Positions 17,453-25,654 of a DNA stretch of 42,913 nucleotides are shown in pieces. This DNA is from a virus (lineage: Duplodnaviria > Caudoviricetes): positions 1 through 42,913 of IMG/VR virus record IMGVR_UViG_3300044472_000050; one strand, given 5' to 3'. The position numbers and the translations under genes are program-made. The notes beneath the pieces are model-generated. The model saw only the letters and a program-made list of their open reading frames with translations, had not been told where the DNA came from and did no database searches. Each line of letters begins with the position of its first letter. Within the stretch, counting starts at the first letter, position 1.

Positions 17453-18072
17453 TGGGCGAGATCAAAGAGGTCCTGAGCGTCGATCTATCCGATCTTCAGG
17501 GGAAGCTCCGGGCCGCCGACACCCAGACGAAGCAGCAGGAACAGGAGGCCGATCGGGCGCAGAAGACGGCCGACCTCAAGCTTAAGGCCACAATGCTCCG
17601 GATCAAGGAGGCCCAGGAGCAGATCAACCAGCTCTCGGAGGCGACCGAGGCCGGCTTCCACCACGTGAAACGATCGATCATCAGGGCGGGATTCGCCGAA
17701 GTGGCCGGCTCGATCGCCGACGAGATGGGCATCCCCGAATCCGCCCAGCCGCTCGTCCATTTCTCCAAGGCCGCCTACCAGGGCTTCGAGCTCGGCGGCC
17801 TGCCCGGCGCCGGGATCGCGGTCGTCATGGAGGGCTTGAAGGAGCTCCTCCATGAATTCCGCTCCGAGAAGGAGAAGCACGAGAAGCTCCGGCAGGATCT
17901 CCTCCAGTTCAAGCAGGAGCAGGAGCGCCGGAACGAGGCGATTCAACGGGAGAGCGAGGCGCACCAGAGATCGCTTGATGAACAAATTGAGAAAGCGAAG
18001 CTCGAGGCGACAGAAGAATTCAAGAAGTTCCTCGACGAATCGCGGCTTTCTTATGTCCGCTCCGCCTGGTAG
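17452..18072 (+). CDS. Very short tape-measure-like protein (206 aa)
   Basis: N-terminal LSVDLSDLQGKL plus coiled coil, GGLPGAGIAVV small-residue segment, helical C-terminus; canonical tape-measure position; no other candidate in the genome. Confidence 0.65.
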   Translation: MGEIKEVLSVDLSDLQGKLRAADTQTKQQEQEADRAQKTADLKLKATMLRIKEAQEQINQLSEATEAGFHHVKRSIIRAGFAEVAGSIADEMGIPESAQPLVHFSKAAYQGFELGGLPGAGIAVVMEGLKELLHEFRSEKEKHEKLRQDLLQFKQEQERRNEAIQRESEAHQRSLDEQIEKAKLEATEEFKKFLDESRLSYVRSAW

Positions 18073-18079
18073 GTGATCC

Positions 18080-19096
18080 ATGGCATGGACTGTTGAAATC
18101 CGAAAGCCGTCCAGGACGACGACACTCAATATCAATTTCATCTGGGGGATCAACCTCGAGCAGGAAATCGCCTCGCCCACAGAGATCAGCTCCGTCAACT
18201 GGGAGATCGATATCGATGGCGAGCTGGTCGACTCCGACCCGAGCGTGATCGGCGAGAATTTCTTCACCTATGCGGAGCTCGTCGCCAGCAACTTCGAGCC
18301 GGCCGAGATCGCCTTCATCCAGGACGGCACCGAGCGCAAGGTCCTGAAGCCAGAGGAAGGGTTTATCGGGCCATTCCTGACCAGCTTCAGCTCGGGCGAA
18401 AAGGACGGCGGAGAAGGAAAATCGAAGATGTCCTACCGCCTCAAGATCGTCTATAAATCCCGCGGAGGACAGACCGAGAAGAAGGAAGACGTCTACGAAC
18501 TGGCCACCTCCCTCTCCATCACCAAGAAGAACGGCATCGTGGTCCGCAAGGTCTGGAAGGCCTCGGCCAAATCGACGAGCGCCGAGTCTGCTGAGGCGGC
18601 GACGAAGACCTTCACCCCCAGCGAGAAGTTCATCACCGAGGAGAGCGAGGTCTTCTATAAGGATTTCCGGGCGACCCGGATCTGGGTCTGGGAGCTCGAG
18701 GCCAAGGGGATCAAACGCTGGCGCTGCTCGGTCTTCTATTTCGGCGGCGACGACTTCGAGGTGGTGACGAGGGCGGGGGCTCGCGCGAAAGCGGCGCGTT
18801 TCCTGAAACAGGCCACCCCCCGGCGGATCGAGGTCACGGGGGAGATCGTCGCCTTTACGGCCGACATCCCGATTCCCGCCGATCATTTCAAGACGGGCGA
18901 GGATCTCTGGAAGATCCCCGCCGCGGAGAAGTTCCAGAAGGGGTCGGTCATCTTCGACGAGAAGCACGGGGAATACCGGAGGGAGTACCACGAAGTCTAC
19001 GAGTGCGTCGGGCAGATTCCCGAGCCGAATCACGACGGGAACCATCACCTCATCAATGCGGGGAATCCGCCGGCGGCGGGGGCGGTGGCGGCGTGA
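18080..19096 (+). CDS. Tail-tip protein (distal-tail-like), hypothetical
   Basis: Directly after the tape-measure-like gene; beta-rich. Confidence 0.5.
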   Translation: MAWTVEIRKPSRTTTLNINFIWGINLEQEIASPTEISSVNWEIDIDGELVDSDPSVIGENFFTYAELVASNFEPAEIAFIQDGTERKVLKPEEGFIGPFLTSFSSGEKDGGEGKSKMSYRLKIVYKSRGGQTEKKEDVYELATSLSITKKNGIVVRKVWKASAKSTSAESAEAATKTFTPSEKFITEESEVFYKDFRATRIWVWELEAKGIKRWRCSVFYFGGDDFEVVTRAGARAKAARFLKQATPRRIEVTGEIVAFTADIPIPADHFKTGEDLWKIPAAEKFQKGSVIFDEKHGEYRREYHEVYECVGQIPEPNHDGNHHLINAGNPPAAGAVAA

Positions 19097-19098
19097 GC

Positions 19099-19428
19099 TT
19101 ACTTGTTCTCCCGGGCATGCTCGATGCGGGCCTTTTCGTAGAATTCCTTGAATTCCTTTGTCGCCTCTTCCTGCGCTTTCTTAATGTTATCGTCCAAGGA
19201 TTTTTGCCGCGTCTCGTTTTCGCTTCGAATGGCCGCGTTGATCCGGCGTTGCTCCGCCTTCGATTGCTCGATCTCTTCGAGGCGGGCCTGCTCTTCTTGG
19301 TGATGCCGGTTATAGAGCACCCATCCGGCGATGCACCAGGTGGAGACGATCAAGGCGATGAATGCGACGATAAAATAATTCGGTCCCACCTGGCGGGGTG
19401 GCATTACCAGAAGGCGGGGTTCTCTCAT
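19099..19428 (-). CDS. Membrane-anchored tape-measure-C-terminus paralogue (moron; putative superinfection exclusion)
   Basis: GGAGGT SD then ATG at 19428; one TM helix YFIVAFIALIVSTWCIAGWVLY; C-terminal 50 aa 25/50 identical to the 17452-18072 C-terminus; lower GC; opposite strand. Confidence 0.8.
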   Translation of the reverse strand: MREPRLLVMPPRQVGPNYFIVAFIALIVSTWCIAGWVLYNRHHQEEQARLEEIEQSKAEQRRINAAIRSENETRQKSLDDNIKKAQEEATKEFKEFYEKARIEHARENK

Positions 19429-19447
19429 CGCAAAACCTCCACGCCGA

Positions 19448-19476
19448 ATCCTATCCCACTCTTTACGTTCTGGCAA
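19448..19476 (-). promoter_or_regulatory. Sigma70-type promoter of the moron
   Basis: On the - strand TTGCCA (19476-19471), 17-nt spacer, TAGGAT (19453-19448), just upstream of the SD. Confidence 0.7.
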
Positions 19477-19487
19477 GGGGGGCTCGG

Positions 19488-21959
19488 ATGCTGAAGGGCG
19501 AGCTCCGCTGCGAATACGAATATCAGGGCTACAAAGCCCGGAAGGGCGCCTATCGCCGATCCGACGGCCTCCAGCCCGAGGGGGGCTTCGTCGAGCTCTT
19601 CGTCTCGGACTTCAAGAAGCTCACTTTCAACATCCCCGGGATCCAGTGGCGCGCGGTCAACGGATTCGAATTCGACAGCGGAATCAGCATCCGCTCCTGG
19701 GAGCAGATGAGAGGTCTGGCCACGATCACGGCGGACCGGCCGGCGGCGCCGGAACCGGGCGGCGACGGGATCAATCTCTTCGGCGACCTCGTCATGCGGA
19801 CCTTCGCCGGGGACGAGATGGTCCACGAGGTCCGATATTCGGATGTCTATGTCGACCTCAGCTATGACGAGGTGATCCGCGGCCTGGCCAACGTGAAGGA
19901 GCATAAGGAGGGGGTGATCCGCGTCCCCCTCACGGACATCCGGCGCTATTACCAGAACTACGGGGCCTTTTTCACGCGCATCAACTGCCGAAGGAAAAAT
20001 GGCAAGCGGGACCTGGATTCCTTCAGGATCAACGGCGAAGCGCACCCTCTCACCCATGCGCTCGAGATGATGTTCACGCAGCTTCCCGGCTCGCCCATGA
20101 TCCTCAAGCCGTGCGACCTCTACGAAGAGTTCTTCGATCCGCCTCAGGGGGTCGAAGGCGAGGGAGAGCCGGTCCTCGGACACCTCGAAAAGCTTCTCGA
20201 GCGGTTCGGCCTCAAGGCCCAGATGCAGCCCGGCGGGAACTACCTCATCAACCGGAAGTTTTCAACACGTCTCAAGAGGTTCCACATTCCGACCGCTCCT
20301 GGGAAGCAGGCAAGCGTCGAAGAGGACCTGCACGACGAGCGCTTCGCCTTCGTTTCAACGGACCGGCCGGCGGCCGCCGCGGGTCTCGGCGGTCGGCGCG
20401 TCAAGCGCATGACGGCGCTCTTTGTGCCCGTGCTCCGCGATTCGGACGGTCTCTGGTACACGCTCGATACGATCTGCGTCCGCTGGAAGTATTCCCTCAC
20501 CGCGCTCAACCGCCAGGTGCTCGCGCTCAACGAGAAGAGCTTCGACGACGTCCTGCCTGCGAAAGATGGTTCCGAGGAGGACCTCGCGCTTCATGACGAG
20601 CGCCGGGATATGCTTCGGATGGCCTATCGCCACTATCTCCCTGCCTTCCTCTTCGCTCGCAACCCGGACGGCGGGGTCGATCTGGGGGATGCCGATTCGG
20701 AGGAGCTCGGCTTTCTCCCCATGGTCGATTGCGCCTGGTACCGCCAGGAATTCGAGAACCAGCGCCTGGCGAAGATCATGCCCCGGCCTGAATCGAAAGG
20801 CGGGGACCTCGGCGAGATCTTCCTCATGCCGCCGATCGTCCGCGGAAGGACCATCGGGCAGACGCTCTTCCGAACTTTCAAGGAGGTCGAGGACCAATTC
20901 GAGGCGAACGACAAGGACCTTAAGATTCAGATCGACGACCTTCTGAAGCAGCGCAACTACGACCGGTTCGTCGCCCAGCTCGCCGGCGAATTCCTCTTCG
21001 CCTCCGAATCCACCGCCGAGAAGACCCTTGAGCATCTCCGGGAGAGGGGCGTCGCGATCGACAAGGTTGAGCTGGATCTTGGCGGCGACATCAAGGACGC
21101 CGGGCAGAAAGTCGGCGTCGTCATCCCCATGAAGAAGCACGTCGAGCTGAGCAAGAACACCAAAGCTGCCCGGGAGACGCTCCTCGCCTTCGGGGGAGAG
21201 CAGGGCGTCGGGTATTGGGACAAGTTGATTGATAAGGCTGTCACGGCTCGGGAAAAACTTAAGCAAAGATTCGCGGAATTTAAGAAAACCTGGGAAGACA
21301 CCACCCAGATCCCCTGCCGGTACAATAAACCTCTTCAGACTCTCTCCCTGAGACCCGATCGCGATACGGGACTTATCACCTCGCCGCGGCCGCTCTGCGT
21401 CGCGAAAGACCCGTTCTTTTTCACGGGCGACAGCCAAGAGGTCGCGCTCGATGGTTGCGTCACTGTGACATTCGGCTACGAGATCAAGGGCCAGGACATC
21501 GAGGCCTTCACGAACTATCTCTTCCGAGCCGAGGACGGCGGGGATCCCGATAAGATTGCGACGACGAAGTTCTGCGGTTGCCATCGTTCGACGCCCATCA
21601 AGTCGAGGGTCTTCCCGATCGAGTCGCGGGAATACCTCCAGGAGAACGGGCAGCCGATGAACCTCAATGCCTGTCTCACCGAGGCGAAGGGCAAGGCGGC
21701 CGCAATGCTGAACCAGCCCCGACGCGTGCCGGCCTGGGTGCTCGAGGTGATCGGGCTCCGGAAAGCGGTGCTCGATGCCGGCGCCACCTCGATCCAGCAT
21801 GTCTGGAACGGCGCCGCGGGTCTGACCCACGTCTTCGTCAATGCGATCGGGAACGGCGGGCCGATGGGGCCTCCGAATCTCCCGCCTTCGACCAACCGGG
21901 CCATGGCCGATTTGAGAGAGATGATGCAGCGCGAGGATTTCGCCTCGGAGCTTCGATGA
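19488..21959 (+). CDS. Large tail-tip/hub-like protein (823 aa)
   Basis: AAGGGGGG SD, ATG at 19488 (MLKGELRC); position after the distal-tail-like gene; internal coiled-coil region. Confidence 0.55.
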   Translation: MLKGELRCEYEYQGYKARKGAYRRSDGLQPEGGFVELFVSDFKKLTFNIPGIQWRAVNGFEFDSGISIRSWEQMRGLATITADRPAAPEPGGDGINLFGDLVMRTFAGDEMVHEVRYSDVYVDLSYDEVIRGLANVKEHKEGVIRVPLTDIRRYYQNYGAFFTRINCRRKNGKRDLDSFRINGEAHPLTHALEMMFTQLPGSPMILKPCDLYEEFFDPPQGVEGEGEPVLGHLEKLLERFGLKAQMQPGGNYLINRKFSTRLKRFHIPTAPGKQASVEEDLHDERFAFVSTDRPAAAAGLGGRRVKRMTALFVPVLRDSDGLWYTLDTICVRWKYSLTALNRQVLALNEKSFDDVLPAKDGSEEDLALHDERRDMLRMAYRHYLPAFLFARNPDGGVDLGDADSEELGFLPMVDCAWYRQEFENQRLAKIMPRPESKGGDLGEIFLMPPIVRGRTIGQTLFRTFKEVEDQFEANDKDLKIQIDDLLKQRNYDRFVAQLAGEFLFASESTAEKTLEHLRERGVAIDKVELDLGGDIKDAGQKVGVVIPMKKHVELSKNTKAARETLLAFGGEQGVGYWDKLIDKAVTAREKLKQRFAEFKKTWEDTTQIPCRYNKPLQTLSLRPDRDTGLITSPRPLCVAKDPFFFTGDSQEVALDGCVTVTFGYEIKGQDIEAFTNYLFRAEDGGDPDKIATTKFCGCHRSTPIKSRVFPIESREYLQENGQPMNLNACLTEAKGKAAAMLNQPRRVPAWVLEVIGLRKAVLDAGATSIQHVWNGAAGLTHVFVNAIGNGGPMGPPNLPPSTNRAMADLREMMQREDFASELR

Positions 21960-22303
21960 GCCAGACGATCATCGTCACCTACGACTCCTCTCCGACGCGG
22001 GTGATCGATCTGCCCAGCGATTTCCTCGCTGGCGTCGATGTGGATTCGCTCATCAAGCTCATCGTCAAGCGCGAGATGGACCTGCCGGACGAGGATAAGT
22101 TCTTCGATCTCGAGGCAACGATCTCCTTGGATGCCGATAGTAACGTGATCGTGACTCTCCATTTCACGCCGGCGGAGACGGCCCTTCCGGCCGGGACCTG
22201 GCCGGGGGCCTTGCGTGTCTGGAAGGACGGGGACGATTCTCATGAGCCCGATGATGTCGAGGCGGTCAACCTCGAGGTTGAGGAGGCGATCGATCTCCCA
22301 TGA
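21956..22303 (+). CDS. Small acidic beta-sandwich structural protein
   Basis: ATG at 21956 coupled to the upstream stop. Confidence 0.55.
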   Translation: MSQTIIVTYDSSPTRVIDLPSDFLAGVDVDSLIKLIVKREMDLPDEDKFFDLEATISLDADSNVIVTLHFTPAETALPAGTWPGALRVWKDGDDSHEPDDVEAVNLEVEEAIDLP

Positions 22304-24105
22304 GGCAGCCCGAGCCCTATCGTCCTGGACCTGAAGACGAGCGGACCTGGTCGATCCCTCTGGCCACAGCCGTCCTCTGGGATTATTCGGATCTCCCGGT
22401 CCTCAACCAGCCCCTGAAGAAGCTGGGCGCCAAGATGGCGATGCGCGGCGCCGCGGTCGAGGCCTGGGGAGACGATCCGAAGCTCCCGAAGATTGCCGAT
22501 GGCAGCAAGCGGAACGAGGATACGAGCGCCGGCAAAAGGACCCCGACGCTCTACAACGTCCTCCCCGACAACTGGGTCCTCCGCTACTTCCAGAAGGACG
22601 GCAAGGGCAACCTCTCCGCCTGGTGCCCCCGCCTGGTCGTCGACCAGACGAATCCCCATACCAGCCTCGAGAACCGCGGGACGATGTTCGTGGACTTCGA
22701 GGGGAGCCAGGTCTGGGCCTGGGGGAACGATCTCTGGCGCATGACGGGGATCTCCGCGGCCGTCGCCGACAAGGAGCTCGCCTTCAACGGCGCGGCCTAT
22801 CTCGGAATGCTTTACCCGGACGGGAAGGGCGGCGGGATCCAGGCCCGGAACGCGCTTGCGACCGAGATCTCGCTCAATCTGGGACACGTCGCGACCTCGA
22901 AAAAGGTCGGGCAATGGGCCCAGATCCTGACCTTCGTGGACCCGCCCGCGGATGCCGGGCCCGGGAAGACGAAGGCTGGCCCCGGGAAGACGAAAGGCGG
23001 CGCCGCCGGCCGCCCCGACAAGAAGGCCGAGCTCGCCCTCCTCCATCGGACGCCCTTCAAGCTCGCCAACGGCCTCAAGATCACGATGCCGCCGATCGAG
23101 CCCGCGCCGAAGACGGTGGACGATGGTGATGAGTATGTGGACGTCCATTTCTCGCCCGGGAAGCCCAATCCCCAGAAGCCCGACCTCGAGGAGAACAAGC
23201 TCTCGAACTTCAAGCCGATCGAGGTTGCGAACCATCCCCAGCTCGCCGCCTGGACGAAGCGGAAGCGGGCCTACAGCCCGACCCCGACCGGCCCGACGCA
23301 CTACGACGATTCCTATCACGGGCGGCCTCCCGAGAAGCCGGGCTATTCCGCCGGCGGCGGGGGATCGGGCGGATCCGGCGGCTCGGGCGGCGATGATGAC
23401 GGCTCGGGGGATCCTCTCCCCTGGCTGACCGATTACGACCGGCCCGGCTCGCCTTTCTATTCGCCGCCCGATGCCGGCGATGGCCTCCCGGTCGAGAATG
23501 GCGATACGAAGACCGATGCGGACGGCAATACCTATCACAAAGTCACCTGGCCCGATGGCACGACCTCCTGGGATCGCGACACGGCGCCGCCCAAGGCCGC
23601 CGGCACGAAGCAGGTCCAGCAGGGGCACTTGAAGGCGCAGAGCCCCAGCTTCACGCAGCGGACGAACAGCCACTGGTACGATTCGGCCCGGGACGTCGTC
23701 GCCCCCCACCAGGTCCGGAAGCCCGCCGGCTGGACCTCGATCATCCTCAAGACCGAGTTCAAGCTCTCCCGGATCCCGCAGGCCGGCGAGTGGGTGGAGC
23801 TCGCCATCTGCATGGTCGATCGCAACCGATCGGGGGATAGCACCCCGACGATCTACGGCTACTCCTGGGCGTTCGGTGAGGACTGCGGGGATCTCGAGTC
23901 GAAATGGTTCCTCCACCTGGTGAAGTTCTCCGACCTTCCGAAGGCGGAGCAGGAGCTCGAGGTGATCTTCGCGCTCATGGCCCACTACCCGACCGGCGGC
24001 GATTTTGGAGCCTCGACCGGCTTCGTGGCGCTCACCCCCGACGGCCTCCCCGGCCAGGTGCATCGCTCGGCCGTGACCCCGTTCTTCAGGGATTGGGTCG
24101 AATAG
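22300..24105 (+). CDS. Hypothetical virion protein with Gly/Pro-rich linker
   Basis: 601 aa, coupled start; AGPGKTK tandem duplication (22954-22995); GGGGSGGSGGSGG linker. Confidence 0.6.
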   Translation: MRQPEPYRPGPEDERTWSIPLATAVLWDYSDLPVLNQPLKKLGAKMAMRGAAVEAWGDDPKLPKIADGSKRNEDTSAGKRTPTLYNVLPDNWVLRYFQKDGKGNLSAWCPRLVVDQTNPHTSLENRGTMFVDFEGSQVWAWGNDLWRMTGISAAVADKELAFNGAAYLGMLYPDGKGGGIQARNALATEISLNLGHVATSKKVGQWAQILTFVDPPADAGPGKTKAGPGKTKGGAAGRPDKKAELALLHRTPFKLANGLKITMPPIEPAPKTVDDGDEYVDVHFSPGKPNPQKPDLEENKLSNFKPIEVANHPQLAAWTKRKRAYSPTPTGPTHYDDSYHGRPPEKPGYSAGGGGSGGSGGSGGDDDGSGDPLPWLTDYDRPGSPFYSPPDAGDGLPVENGDTKTDADGNTYHKVTWPDGTTSWDRDTAPPKAAGTKQVQQGHLKAQSPSFTQRTNSHWYDSARDVVAPHQVRKPAGWTSIILKTEFKLSRIPQAGEWVELAICMVDRNRSGDSTPTIYGYSWAFGEDCGDLESKWFLHLVKFSDLPKAEQELEVIFALMAHYPTGGDFGASTGFVALTPDGLPGQVHRSAVTPFFRDWVE

Positions 24106-24107
24106 CC

Positions 24108-24737
24108 ATGGTAGATCTCGCCCTCAACCGTCACGACAACTGGACCGGATCCGGGTGGGAAGGCTATCTCAAGACGCGCGTCAAGCGTGCCCATGACGGC
24201 GACGAGAACTTCTGGGCCTATGCGCCCTTCGACCAGGGCGACTGGACGAAGAAGGATCCGGTCGGGCAGTCGACCTACGAAAAATCCGTCGACGAGATCT
24301 CCCTCCTTGCCTTCGAGAAGGTGACCGCGGACGTCCTGGTCGCCGGGATCGGCACCCATCGGATCCGCCGGCGGCTCACGCTCCCCAGGAATTTCGGGCG
24401 TTCAGGGCCGAGCCCGATCGACTCGGGGACGCCGGACACCGCGCTCGGTCTTTTCCCGGCCGGCTCGATCGTGGGCTTCGCCTATCGGAGCGGCGCGATC
24501 TCTGATCTCCTGGCCACGCTCTACATCGACGGCGTCGCGGATCCGGGCGTGGACGTGATCTCGATCAAGCCGGTGGGCGCCGGGGCGTGGGAAATGTTCT
24601 CGCTCTCGCCCTCCTGGGCCTACCTCCCGGGCGCCGCCCTCACCTTCGAGATCGAATACGACGCCTCGGATCGCGGCGTCTTTGTCGGGCTCTCGGACCT
24701 CATCGTCAAGTACCGGACGGCGAGGGGGACCGCATGA
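24108..24737 (+). CDS. Hypothetical structural protein
   Basis: ATG at 24108 (MVDLALNRH), contiguous in the operon. Confidence 0.6.
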   Translation: MVDLALNRHDNWTGSGWEGYLKTRVKRAHDGDENFWAYAPFDQGDWTKKDPVGQSTYEKSVDEISLLAFEKVTADVLVAGIGTHRIRRRLTLPRNFGRSGPSPIDSGTPDTALGLFPAGSIVGFAYRSGAISDLLATLYIDGVADPGVDVISIKPVGAGAWEMFSLSPSWAYLPGAALTFEIEYDASDRGVFVGLSDLIVKYRTARGTA

Positions 24738-25396
24738 AGCTCGCCGTCACCTCGATCGCCTTCGGTAAGGATTATCTCCGCCTGGCGGAGGTCTCCTTCC
24801 CGACGTTCGACGCCTATGCTCGGAAGATCGGGGCCGACTTCGTCCCTCTCTCCAAGCGGAAGTTCCCGACCTGGTCGCCCTATTGGGAGAAGTTGCAGCT
24901 CGGGGACCTCCTGACGTTCTACGACCGTGTCGCCTTCATCGACTGCGACGCGATCGCGAGCCCGCGGGCGCCGTCGATTTTCGAGGCCGTCCCCGCAGAT
25001 TCCTTTGGCGCCGTCGACGAGGTCGCGCAGGGGTTCGTCCATCGCCGGGAAATGCTGACCGCCGTCGACTTCTACGGGTTCCATCCTCGGATCGCAAGCC
25101 TGCGCTGGCACTTCAACGCTGGCGTCATGGTCTTCGGGCGGCCGCATCAGGGGGTTTTCCAGATCCCCTCACGGGTGGATCCGCTCTCGACCATGCCCGA
25201 GGAGATCTATTTCAAGCTCCGGGTCCTGGCGCTCGGGATCCGCTTCCACTCGCTCCCCGCCACCTGGAACGCCATCTCCCAGCGATTCCCTAAAGGGCGC
25301 GACGGCTTGAACGTGATCCATTATGCCGGCGGGAAGGACCAGATCGACGGCATGATCGCCCAGATGAAACGGGATCTCTATAGGTGGGCGGCATGA
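24734..25396 (+). CDS. GT-A fold glycosyltransferase (GT8-like)
   Basis: ATG at 24734; W.KL, FIDCD (DxD), HFNAGVMVF, WN, IHYAG motifs in GT8 order. Confidence 0.8.
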   Translation: MKLAVTSIAFGKDYLRLAEVSFPTFDAYARKIGADFVPLSKRKFPTWSPYWEKLQLGDLLTFYDRVAFIDCDAIASPRAPSIFEAVPADSFGAVDEVAQGFVHRREMLTAVDFYGFHPRIASLRWHFNAGVMVFGRPHQGVFQIPSRVDPLSTMPEEIYFKLRVLALGIRFHSLPATWNAISQRFPKGRDGLNVIHYAGGKDQIDGMIAQMKRDLYRWAA

Positions 25397-25653
25397 GTTA
25401 CACCTTCTCCGTCCAGCCCCATCAGGTCTGCTCGCATGCGCCCGAATCGGGCTGCCCGCGCCGCTTCCAATGCGATACCGAGGCGGATCTCGCCACCGTG
25501 CTCGTCGAGCGGGCGCCACTTAACCCCGGGGACCGGGCCTTCGCGGCCGCCGAGGGGACATCCTGGATCACGAAAGACGGAACGACGTGGACGAGCTTCG
25601 GTGGGGGTATGACGCCCGCCCAGGTCGCTCTCCGGGTTCTCCTGAGAATCTGA
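25393..25653 (+). CDS. Small hypothetical structural protein
   Basis: ATGA-coupled to the GT stop; GDRAF...TSWITKDGTTW resembles fibre knob motifs. Confidence 0.55.
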   Translation: MSYTFSVQPHQVCSHAPESGCPRRFQCDTEADLATVLVERAPLNPGDRAFAAAEGTSWITKDGTTWTSFGGGMTPAQVALRVLLRI

Positions 25654-25654
25654 T

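Noticed and set aside
17911-19260. Tape-measure/moron inverted similarity as an active DNA inversion switch
   Set aside because: Nucleotide identity is patchy (longest exact runs about 9-10 bp); inversion would also flip the tail-tip gene 18080-19096 out of the operon; protein-level conservation explains it better
22954-22995. 21-bp tandem duplication encoding AGPGKTK twice
   Set aside because: Ordinary slippage in a low-complexity linker
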